NCBI GenBank assembly: GCA_963830715.1
Contig: CAWHNS010000002.1
Coordinates: 217,482 to 281,481 of the forward strand
Reading direction: 5' to 3'
Source: an uncultured delta proteobacterium
Lineage (GTDB): Bacteria; Desulfobacterota; Binatia; Binatales; Binataceae
Length of the DNA stretch: 64,000 nt
Positions 34,252 to 42,658 of the stretch are shown here, one piece after another (positions within the stretch are counted from its first letter, which is position 1; each line of letters starts with the position of its first letter). The notes under the pieces are model-generated. The model was not told the origin of the DNA. It did no database searches and worked only from the letters and a program-made list of their open reading frames with translations. Both the position numbers and the translations under genes were made by a program.

Positions 34252-34415
34252 AAGGCGCAAAGGGGCGGCGATCAGAAGGAACAGGGGTCGCGACCGCGTA
34301 GCGGCGCGGTTTCGATTCGCGGAAGAGCGGCGGTCCCTGGAAATGGGAATCGCTCTTTCGCTTTCGTGCTCACGCGATGGGACGCACAGTTGCGCGAGAT
34401 TGTGACCGGGGAGAA

Positions 34416-34533
34416 GAAGAATCGCCTCCGCAACGCGAGCAGAGAGACCGTCTGGCGACCGCCGTCAGTCCAATATAAAACGATCGCAAGCGCCCCCTTA
34501 GCTCAGATGGATAGAGCACAGGATTCCTAATCC
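34416..34533. repeat. direct repeat, right copy (tRNA-Arg upstream flank plus 5' half)
   Basis: See 30952-31070. Confidence 0.9.
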
Positions 34534-34568
34534 TGGGGCCGTGGGTTCGAATCCCGCAGGGGGCGCCA
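34492..34568 (+). tRNA. tRNA-Arg (anticodon CCT), CCA encoded
   Basis: Acceptor GCCCCCT/AGGGGGC. TAGCTCAGATGGATAGAGC D-arm. Anticodon stem CAGGA/TCCTG with loop TTCCTAA. T-arm GTGGG-TTCGAAT-CCCGC. Discriminator G followed by CCA. Confidence 0.92.
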
Positions 34569-36545
34569 TAGCGAGCGATCCCGGATATGGGAATCAGATC
34601 CGCTCGGCTGGGTTGAACGCTCCGCGATGCGTGCGTGGCCCTCGAATCGCGGTAGCAGGCGGGCTGAGTTTAGGATGAAGATCATTTCCGAAGACACGTG
34701 GACGAAGGCCGCCAGCGGTGGATTGAGCACGCCTACCGCTGCGAGCGCCATGCCGGCCAGATCGACCGTTATCGTACCTGCGAAGTTCTGCCAGATGATT
34801 CTCCGGGTCCATCGCGCGACTTCCAGGGTCTCCGCAAACCTGACCAGGTCGTTGCCGAGCAGCACCACGTCGGCGCTCTCGCGAGCGACGTCGGTGCCGG
34901 AGCCCATCGCGACGCCGACGCTGGCTTCGGCCAGCGCGGGCGCATCGTTGATGCCGTCGCCGACGATCGCTACTATGCGCCCGCTCGCCACCATGTCCTT
35001 GATCCGCGAGAGCTTCGCTTCCGGCAGCATCTCGGCCTCGAACCGGCCGATCCCGAGTTGTTCCGCGAGCGCCGCGGCTGAGGCCCTCGTGTCTCCGGTC
35101 AGGAGCACGCATCCGATGCCCATCCGATCGAACGCCGCGATTGCTCGCCGGGCCTCTGGTCGAACCGTATCGCCGATGACGATCGTTCCAACAAGGCGCC
35201 CGTCGCGCGCGACATACACGGGACTGCCCGCGTATGCGGCCGGCGCCGCCGGTATCTCGATGCCATGCTCGGTCATCAGCGCGCGATTGCCGGCCACGAT
35301 TGTCGATCCTTTCACGATCGCCGCGATTCCCCGGCCGGGCGCGTAATCGAATCGCTCGGGCTCATCGACGGACAGTCCCATCGCGATCGCGCGTGCGACG
35401 ATCGCCCTGCCCAGCGGATGTTCCGAACGCATCTCCGCGGATGCAGCGATCGCGATGACGTCCTGTTCCGTGATGTCCGGCACCGGAAGCACATCCTGAA
35501 CCTCGGTGCGCCCGAAAGTGAGCGTGCCGGTCTTGTCGAGCACGACGGTGTCCACGCGCCCGAGCGTCTCCAGGTAAAGGCCGCCCTTGACGATCGCGCC
35601 GAGCCGCGCCGCGCGGCCGATGCCGCCCAGAATCGCGAGCGGCGTGCCGGCGGCGATGCCGCATGCGCCGGCCACGATTACCACCGAGATGGTGCACCGA
35701 GCGTCGCGGGTCACGATGAACGTGAGCGCCGCGGCCGCGAGCGCGAGGTAGACCAGGTACCCGGCCAGCCGATCCGCCAGGCGCTGCACGGGCGCGCGGG
35801 AGCGCTCCGCATTCTCGACCGCCTCGACGATCTTGCCATAGCTCGTGTCGCGTCCGATGCGCTCGGTCCGGACTTCCAGCGCGCCGGACTGGTTGATCGT
35901 GCCGGCGTAGACTGCGGACCCGGTGCTTTTTTCCACCGCGAGCGACTCGCCCGTAATCCTCGCCTGATCGACAAACGAATGGCCCGCGATCACCACGCCG
36001 TCAACCGCTACCAAGGCACCGGGATTCACCAGCACGGAGTCGCCGGGCCGCAGGCTGTCCGCCGCGATCTCGCGCAGTGTGCCGTCCCGGCGGACGGTGA
36101 CGGAGCGCGGAAGGAACTCGAGTAGCTCACCGATCGCGCGGCGCCCGCGAGCGATCGTCAGGTTTTCAAGCACCTCGGCCCCCAATACAAACAGCGTGAT
36201 TATCAGCGCGGTGAAGAACTCTCCGATTGCAGCCGCGGCCGCGATCGCGATCGACATGGAGAGTTCCATCGTCATCCGCCGGGCGGCCAGGTTCTCAGCC
36301 GCTTCCCTGAAGATCGGCCACCCGCCTACTGCGACGCCTAGCACGCCCGGCACGCTGACACCTGGAAACGGCTCCCAGAGCCGCAGGCGAACCCCGATCG
36401 CGGCGAGGGCGACCAGAGCTATGCGGCCGGCGTCGGCCCATTCGAAACGGCGTCCGCTCTCGGGCGCCTCGATTGCGGGCGGACGGTCGCTATCGTGGCG
36501 GGATTCGGCTACACCCGCGTGCGCGAGATCATAGTCCCGTTCCAA
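34527..36545 (-). CDS. P1B-type heavy-metal translocating ATPase, no N-terminal HMA domain, atypical TM motif
   Basis: DKTGTLT, TGD, VGDGINDAPAL and the A-domain TGES are present. GAC appears where CPC/SPC is expected (VVIVAGACGIAAGTP). TTG start. The ORF's last 14 codons lie inside the convergent tRNA-Arg gene. Confidence 0.88.
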   Translation of the reverse strand: MERDYDLAHAGVAESRHDSDRPPAIEAPESGRRFEWADAGRIALVALAAIGVRLRLWEPFPGVSVPGVLGVAVGGWPIFREAAENLAARRMTMELSMSIAIAAAAAIGEFFTALIITLFVLGAEVLENLTIARGRRAIGELLEFLPRSVTVRRDGTLREIAADSLRPGDSVLVNPGALVAVDGVVIAGHSFVDQARITGESLAVEKSTGSAVYAGTINQSGALEVRTERIGRDTSYGKIVEAVENAERSRAPVQRLADRLAGYLVYLALAAAALTFIVTRDARCTISVVIVAGACGIAAGTPLAILGGIGRAARLGAIVKGGLYLETLGRVDTVVLDKTGTLTFGRTEVQDVLPVPDITEQDVIAIAASAEMRSEHPLGRAIVARAIAMGLSVDEPERFDYAPGRGIAAIVKGSTIVAGNRALMTEHGIEIPAAPAAYAGSPVYVARDGRLVGTIVIGDTVRPEARRAIAAFDRMGIGCVLLTGDTRASAAALAEQLGIGRFEAEMLPEAKLSRIKDMVASGRIVAIVGDGINDAPALAEASVGVAMGSGTDVARESADVVLLGNDLVRFAETLEVARWTRRIIWQNFAGTITVDLAGMALAAVGVLNPPLAAFVHVSSEMIFILNSARLLPRFEGHARIAERSTQPSGSDSHIRDRSLWRPLRDSNPRPQD

Positions 36546-36557
36546 GGTGGTTCCGGG

Positions 36558-36836
36558 CTACTTCAGGTAGGCCTGAACGACTGCGATCAGTTCTTCCGCG
36601 CCTTGTGCCCGGCTGCGGTTGCGCTCGTGCGCGGGATCGACGACGTGCGTCCGGATGTGGCCTTCGATGATCTCGGCCATCAGGCTGTTGATCGCGCCGC
36701 GCACCGCGACGGCAAGGTGAAGCACTTTCGCGCATCCTTTCTCTTCCTCGAGCGCCCGCTCGAGGGCCTCAATCTGGCCGCGAACGCGCCGCACCCGGTT
36801 CAGGAGTTTCTCCTTGTCGCGAATCGTGTGACCCAT
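36558..36836 (-). CDS. CsoR/RcnR-family metal-sensing repressor with RcnR-type H3-C35-H60-H64 fingerprint
   Basis: 92 aa from the ATG at 36836 (MGHTIRDKEKLLNRVRRVRGQIEALERAL...). His3, Cys35, His60 and His64 were counted directly. The ORF-track 202-aa version is an upstream extension. Confidence 0.85.
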   Translation of the reverse strand: MGHTIRDKEKLLNRVRRVRGQIEALERALEEEKGCAKVLHLAVAVRGAINSLMAEIIEGHIRTHVVDPAHERNRSRAQGAEELIAVVQAYLK

Positions 36837-36843
36837 TTTGTCA

Positions 36844-36861
36844 TATACCCAAGGGGGTATA
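36844..36861. promoter_or_regulatory. candidate CsoR/RcnR operator
   Basis: TATACCC-AAGG-GGGTATA inverted repeat 8 nt upstream of the regulator ATG. It resembles the published CsoR-family ATACCC..GGGGTAT type sites. Confidence 0.6.
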
Positions 36862-36978
36862 GTAGCGGGTTCGGAGCCGCTTGGGAATTCAGGTAGGCAT
36901 CGTCTGCCGCGATGCGCATGACTCACGGCCGGACGCGCGGTAGACTCTATTGGCGATGACGCGAGAACGAGGTCCGCG

Positions 36979-37689
36979 ATGAGATCGGCCGGCATCCACA
37001 ATACGGCACGCGGGACGCGCAGGCGGGTACCGATTACACGCGGGGTATTGGCCGCGATCGGCGCGCTGGCGCTCGGATGCGGCTTTGCCTCGGCGCCGAT
37101 CCAGAACACTCCGGCGGTGGTCGCGACGCCGCAACCCGGTGAAATCTCGATCACCTCGCAGTCCAAGCCCGCGGTTGGCGCGGTGGTTCCGGTTTACGTG
37201 TCGGTCGCCAACGGAACCGACGTGCCACGCGCGATCGTGCCGAGCCAGGTATTCGCGCTCGACGGCAACGGCGACCGTATCGCGCCGCTGCCGCCGGGCG
37301 AAGCGGCTCGCCAGGCGGGCGGATCGGGCGAGCTCAAGGCGGCCCTGACCAGCGCAGCCGTGAGCGGCGTGGCCGCGGGCGCCGTCGGCGCTGCGCTCGG
37401 CGCGGCAGCCGGGGCCGCGTTCGGCTCGGCCGGAACCGGCGCGGCGCTCGGATCGGCGATCGGGGGCGGCGAGGGGATGCTGGCAGGCGCGCCGGCCGGC
37501 CAGCAGGAGGCGCGCCGCCAGGCCAGCGAGCAGATCGGGGCGCTCGCGCTCCAGGGCGGCGACGTCGCGAAAGACTTCACTGTCAGCGGTTACGTGTTCT
37601 TCCCCCAGGGATCCTACAAGGAGATCGAACTGCTGCTGGTCAACCGGGAAACCGGCGATACCGAGACGCTCAAGGAGCCGTGGCGCTGA
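36979..37689 (+). CDS. hypothetical lipoprotein with glycine-zipper segment
   Basis: Lipobox LALGC after a basic N-terminus, and a Gly/Ala-rich stretch (GVAAGAVGAALGAAAGAAFGSAGTGAALGSAIGGG). Confidence 0.5.
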   Translation: MRSAGIHNTARGTRRRVPITRGVLAAIGALALGCGFASAPIQNTPAVVATPQPGEISITSQSKPAVGAVVPVYVSVANGTDVPRAIVPSQVFALDGNGDRIAPLPPGEAARQAGGSGELKAALTSAAVSGVAAGAVGAALGAAAGAAFGSAGTGAALGSAIGGGEGMLAGAPAGQQEARRQASEQIGALALQGGDVAKDFTVSGYVFFPQGSYKEIELLLVNRETGDTETLKEPWR

Positions 37690-37881
37690 CGGCGCTCCGA
37701 TGCTTCGATCCTGAAGTAGGACCAGCCTGTCCCCGATCCTCGCCAATCGCGCAACGATCCGGTTTCGGCCGGAATCACGGCAAGATCACGCGCCGGGACG
37801 CGCGATTGCGCGACCGTCGTTGCGAAGGCCGCGTGGCGGCATGCTCGTGCATGCCGCACACGCGAGGCCGGAGAATGCCCC

Positions 37882-40800
37882 CTACTTCGGTTGCGGAGTA
37901 GGCGTCGCCTTCGGCTTGGGCGTCGGAGTCGGCGCCGGTACTGACCCGCTCAATGCCACCTCGAGCGGGTTGGCGGTCGCGTTGTTGGCGATCGTCAGCG
38001 TTCCGCTTTGCTCGCCTGAGTTTGCAGGCGCGAACGTCACCGCGATGGTGCAACTCCAGTGCGCCGCGAGCGTGCTCCCGCAACGGCTGGTTGCCTTGAA
38101 CGGGCCGCTCGTGGTGATTCCGCTGATCTTCAACGCCACGTTCTGCCGGTTGGCCAGGGTCACCGTCTGTGCCCCGCTCGTCGCTCCCGTCTTCTCGGAC
38201 GCGAACGAGAGCTCGCCCGGCACCACAAATACTTCCTCCGCTGCCGCGGCGCCCACGCCGGTCAGCGCGACAGTCTGCGGATGCTGTACCGGATCGCCGA
38301 CATTGTCACCAACCGTGAGTGTCGCGGTCTGCTTGCCGACCCCGGTCGGCGAGAAGACCACGTTGATGGTGCAGCTCTTGTGGGCCGCGATGGTGCCAAC
38401 GCAGTTGTCGGTCTGGGCGAACGCCTCGCTGCTGCTGGTAATTCCGTAGACCTGCATCGCGACGTTTGAAGTGTTGGTCACGGTTACCTTCTGAGCCGTG
38501 CTGACGGCGCCCATCGGGGCTGCGCTGAACGACAGGGCGCGCGGCGCGATTGCGCTCGCCGGTGTCGGCACTGCGGTCGGAGGCGGAATCCAGGGAGGGG
38601 TCGGAGGCGGAGCGATTGTGTAGCTGGAAGTCTTGGTCGAGCAATTGCCATGATTGTCGCAGGAGGTGACTGTGAAACTGAAGGTCCCCTGAGTCGAAGT
38701 ACTTATGGGGCTTCCCGACGCCGCCGTTCCCGAGCAGGTCGAGACCGGATTGGCGGGTGAGGTGCACGTGTAATTTGCCGTCACGTTCGCACCCTGGATG
38801 TAGTTGCCTGAAGGAGCATTAATCGTGATGGTCGGCCCCGTGAGCGGCGCGAGCGAGGTGTTGTCGATCGCGAGGTTGTTGATCTCCTGGTTGGGGAACC
38901 ATCCGTAGAGGTTGAAGCCGGCGTCCGAATACAGCGGGGCCGCTACACCGGGCGAGCATTCAACCCAGGACGCCACGGTCGTTCCGATGCTGTTCACGAT
39001 CGAGAAATCGGCTTCGAGGGCGCCTGCACCGCACGTCGCGGCGATTCCCGGCTGAAAGGCATGGTGGAAGGTGTACCAGCCCGAGCTCGCGATGCACTGC
39101 GGCGTCGAGGGTGTGGTCCCGGCGGGGGGAGGGTTCTCCGGAACGTTCGGCGATCCGTTTCCCAGCGAGATCGTGTAGTGCGCGGTGCTGGGATGGCCAC
39201 AGGGATCACTCGCCAGGCCGGTGCCGGTTCCTACGGCGAAGACAAAGTCCTCCAGGAAATTACCGGAAGAGTCGAGGAGCGCGGAGTCCCAGTCGAACCG
39301 GTAGTTGGGATGCGTCGAAGCCCAAGCCGTGTCGAGGTAGATATCCAGGCTGTCCACCACGCCCGATGGGGGTAGAGCCGGAGTGGGGGTGACGCCGGTG
39401 CCCCAGAACGTGAAGGGACCGATGCACCCGGCCGGCGAAGGCGGGCCGTTTTCGTGGTTGCCTCCCCCTCCCGGAGTACACTGCGAATTGGCGGGTGCGC
39501 CGCCAAACGGGCTTGGGGACCCATACAGGCCTCCGAACGGCCCGGCGAACTCCGTGATACTGCCGAGTCCAGCCCCTCCAACATTGGCGACGAAGATGTC
39601 GCCGACCGCATCGACTGTGATCCCTGCCGGCTCAGCGAGGTCGGTGCTGCCGCCCGCAATCGCGGCTCCGCCCGGATTCACAGCGAAGCTCGGCTGGGTG
39701 TCGCCGTCGCTGAACTGCGGGTAGATGGTGACTTCGTTGGTGTTCAGATTAGTGGCGTAAATGTTGTTGCTTGAATCGACCGCGACGCCCGCCGGGTTGT
39801 TCAGGCCCGTGTCGGGGCCCGAGATTGTGGCGATCGGCGTAGGGTTGAGCGTGCCCGTGCCGGCTCCCAACGCCGCGTACTCGGTGATGCTGTTGTTGCC
39901 GGAGTTCGAGACGTAGACGTTGCCGAGGTCGTCGAACGCCACCTCTGTCGGGGACGAGAGGCCGGTGCTGCCGCCGAAAATCCTGGCCGTGAACCCGACG
40001 TTGCCGTTAGCGCTCAGCGGATACACAGTCACGCTGTTGCCCGAATAGTTCGGTACGTAGAGCGCGGGGCCCGGACCGATGGCCGGCCTCCCCGGGGCAT
40101 TAAGCCCGGTGGCGCCACCGCCGATGGTGGCGACGGGCGCTACGTTAGCCGCGGGCGGACCACTGCAGGTGGATGTCAACGACGCGGCCGAGTACACGGT
40201 GATAGTGCTGTTGCCGAAGTTCGCGACGTAGAGATTGCCGCTGGAGTCAAGCACATCACCCGCCGGAACACTAAGGTTGGTGGCAGGGCCGTTCAGGTTG
40301 CAGTCTGGCGACAAGTTGCACGCCACCCCTGGAGTGCAGGCTGTGAGGGTGGTCGCCTTGTACTCGAACACCGCGTACGGGGTGTCAGTATTGTAGGACG
40401 TGGCGAGATTCGTAACCCAAACGTTGCTGTTTCGCGGATCGAGCGCAACCGCGCGCACGCCGTTGCCCGGATTGCCCAACCCGGTGTTCCCGCCCTGCAG
40501 GTAAAGGTACGGCGCGATGTTGCTCGGATTGTTGGCAAAGTCGGACTGATAATAGGCGGTGAAGAAGGTGCTGTTGGGGAATACGCCGAGCCGCGCGTGG
40601 AAGCCGTCCGACGACGAAGCTATCCCGCTGGCGTAATCCGGCGTGACGAACCCCGACGGTTCGCGGGTCACGTTGCCGTTGAAATAAGGGTCCCAGTCGA
40701 AGATGCCGGAAACCAGCCCGAACGGGTAGCTCACAATCGTGTCAAAGTTCTGTGAGTATGTGTAATCGGGTCCAGCGCCGCCACTGCTGCCCTTGCGCGG

Positions 40801-40887
40801 CGTCTCGGAAGCCCAGCTGACGAGTACGCCCGCCAATACGGCCACAGCCAGCGCGGCCGCAATTCCCCTTGCCCTCGTTATCTTCAT
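37882..40887 (-). CDS. large secreted protein: NHL-repeat beta-propeller plus Ig-like region plus two C-terminal HYDIN/ASH-type (choice-of-anchor-D-like) domains
   Basis: Signal peptide MKITRARGIAAALAVAVLAGVLVSWA. Repeated GNLYVANFGNSTITVY, GNVYVSNSGNNSITEY and NNIYATNLNTNEVTIYP NHL units. The C-terminal domains (QKVTVTNTS..C..INVVFSPTGVG..ATLTV) and the PTPTPKPK tail are homologous to the gene at 42659..44935. Confidence 0.75.
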   Translation of the reverse strand: MKITRARGIAAALAVAVLAGVLVSWASETPRKGSSGGAGPDYTYSQNFDTIVSYPFGLVSGIFDWDPYFNGNVTREPSGFVTPDYASGIASSSDGFHARLGVFPNSTFFTAYYQSDFANNPSNIAPYLYLQGGNTGLGNPGNGVRAVALDPRNSNVWVTNLATSYNTDTPYAVFEYKATTLTACTPGVACNLSPDCNLNGPATNLSVPAGDVLDSSGNLYVANFGNSTITVYSAASLTSTCSGPPAANVAPVATIGGGATGLNAPGRPAIGPGPALYVPNYSGNSVTVYPLSANGNVGFTARIFGGSTGLSSPTEVAFDDLGNVYVSNSGNNSITEYAALGAGTGTLNPTPIATISGPDTGLNNPAGVAVDSSNNIYATNLNTNEVTIYPQFSDGDTQPSFAVNPGGAAIAGGSTDLAEPAGITVDAVGDIFVANVGGAGLGSITEFAGPFGGLYGSPSPFGGAPANSQCTPGGGGNHENGPPSPAGCIGPFTFWGTGVTPTPALPPSGVVDSLDIYLDTAWASTHPNYRFDWDSALLDSSGNFLEDFVFAVGTGTGLASDPCGHPSTAHYTISLGNGSPNVPENPPPAGTTPSTPQCIASSGWYTFHHAFQPGIAATCGAGALEADFSIVNSIGTTVASWVECSPGVAAPLYSDAGFNLYGWFPNQEINNLAIDNTSLAPLTGPTITINAPSGNYIQGANVTANYTCTSPANPVSTCSGTAASGSPISTSTQGTFSFTVTSCDNHGNCSTKTSSYTIAPPPTPPWIPPPTAVPTPASAIAPRALSFSAAPMGAVSTAQKVTVTNTSNVAMQVYGITSSSEAFAQTDNCVGTIAAHKSCTINVVFSPTGVGKQTATLTVGDNVGDPVQHPQTVALTGVGAAAAEEVFVVPGELSFASEKTGATSGAQTVTLANRQNVALKISGITTSGPFKATSRCGSTLAAHWSCTIAVTFAPANSGEQSGTLTIANNATANPLEVALSGSVPAPTPTPKPKATPTPQPK

Positions 40888-41315
40888 TGCATGCCCTCCT
40901 GCCGAGAAGACAGCAATTTTATAGGCAGAACCGATTTTTTTGCATATTGGATGCTTGACGCAGTGGTGCTAAGTGATTCAGCCGAGCAGTTATACGTCAT
41001 TTCTCGTAGATGCGTTCGGCGATTCTTTCTACTCGCTGTAGCATCGGCCTGCGAACCCCTTGCTTCGCGGCCGGGATTGGGCATTGGCGGCGCGCCGCTC
41101 GGAAGTCACGGCAGGAGGATCGCCTTCGTGGAGGGCCTCCACCGGCATCCGCGCGGTCTGACGCATATCCCTCTACGCAATTTAGCTTAGACGACTGTCG
41201 GTTGCCGTTCGCAGCCTTCCGGCTGTCGCGCTGGACTTTTGCCTTGCGCTTGGGTAATTGTCGCTCGACATGGACCAGACAAGCAGACTTCTGCGGTCTA
41301 CAGGGGGAATGTGGC

Positions 41316-42501
41316 TTGGAACGGCTGGGGCATTCTGATCTGCGGCGTACACTGGCTTTCCTGCGTGGCGTGTATCTGATCCACGACTTCCCCGCCTTCG
41401 TCACCTATCTTCTTACATCGCTGCCCGGTGTGGTGCGTTCGGATGTCACCTCCTACAACGAGATGCGGCCGCTCGAGGCGCGCTCGGAGAACTGGGTGGC
41501 GCCTGAAGAACTCAACACGCCCGCGCGCGCACACGCCTGGGAACAGGTGATGCACGAACATCCCAACCTTTCGCACTACCATCTGACGGCTGACACTCAC
41601 GCCCTGCGGACCTCCGATTTTCTTTCGGCCCGCGAGTTCCGCGCGACGGCGCTTTACGCCGAGCACTATCGGAGCCTTGGCGCGCAGGATTGTCTCACGC
41701 TTCCATTTGTCGGCGAGCGCGGCGCGGTGAACGGAATAGCCCTGCATCGCGGGCGCCAGTTTTCGGAGCGCGACAAGCTCATTCTCGATTGCCTGGGGCC
41801 GCATCTGAGCCAGGCCTATCGGAACGCGCGGATGGTCAGCCGGATGATCGAGGACATGGCGCTGTTCGATCGCGCGCTGTCGCGGACCGGGCGGGCCTTC
41901 GTGGCGCTCAAGCCGGACCGGCGAATCCGTCTCGCCACAGCCCTGGCGCGCAAGTGGCTGGCGGAATACTTCGAGGCTCCGGCTCAGGGCGACCGCCTTG
42001 CCGAGAAGCTCGAGCTCTGGGTCCGCAGTCACGACGCCGGGTTTCGTCAGCGGCTGGAAGTGCCCCCGGCGCGCGCGCCGATGGTGATCGATCGCGAGGG
42101 CAGACGCCTTACGATCCAGATTTTTTCTGGACCCGGACGAATACGTCCTGTTGATGGAGGAGCAGTGTGCCTCGCTCGAGCCGGCGGCGCTGCTCTCTCT
42201 CGGCCTGACGCTTCGCGAGTCGCAGGTGCTCAGCGCCGCGGCATCAGGCAAGAACATCAGGGAAATTGCCGCGGCTCTCGCGATCAGCCCGCGTACTGCG
42301 CAGACCCATCTGCAGGGCGTGTACAGAAAACTATCCGTGGACAATCGCGCCGCGGCGGTCGCCGCCGCGTTCCGCGCCGATCAGGCGGTTCGGCCCGCGC
42401 GCCAATCGGGCGACGATGTGGATCCGCGCGCCCACCTTGCGGCGCGTCTCGCGGCGATTAGGGCAGAGGCGCCGGAGTCGGGCGAGGGCAAGCGCCCATA
42501 G
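41316..42501 (+). CDS. LuxR-family transcriptional regulator (apparent +1 frameshift in T6 run 42121-42126)
   Basis: The C-terminal HTH (LTLRESQVLSAAASGKNIREIAAALAISPRTAQTHLQGVYRKLSV) is in ORF 42151..42501. The N-terminal sensor-like region is in ORF 41010..42461. The pieces join as ...RRLTIQIF/LDPDEYVLLMEEQ. The start is uncertain; I chose the TTG at 41316. Confidence 0.7.
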
Positions 42502-42658
42502 CCCAAGTCAATCGGGATCCACAACCTTCTGCGGTTGGACTCCGAGACGCGGCAGAGGCATCCTCGCCTCTGCCTCACAGTCACCCGCAGGATGCAGCCG
42601 CAGGCGTGCGCGGCGACGTCGTCGGATGCCCGCGCATGCCGCCTCGCCGTGGGATCCG

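Noticed and set aside
41010-41315. The N-terminal 100 aa of the 483-aa ORF upstream of the LuxR regulator
   Set aside because: No coding signature or motif. The conserved regulator sequence begins around 41316. This stretch is probably intergenic DNA that contains the promoters of the divergent genes.
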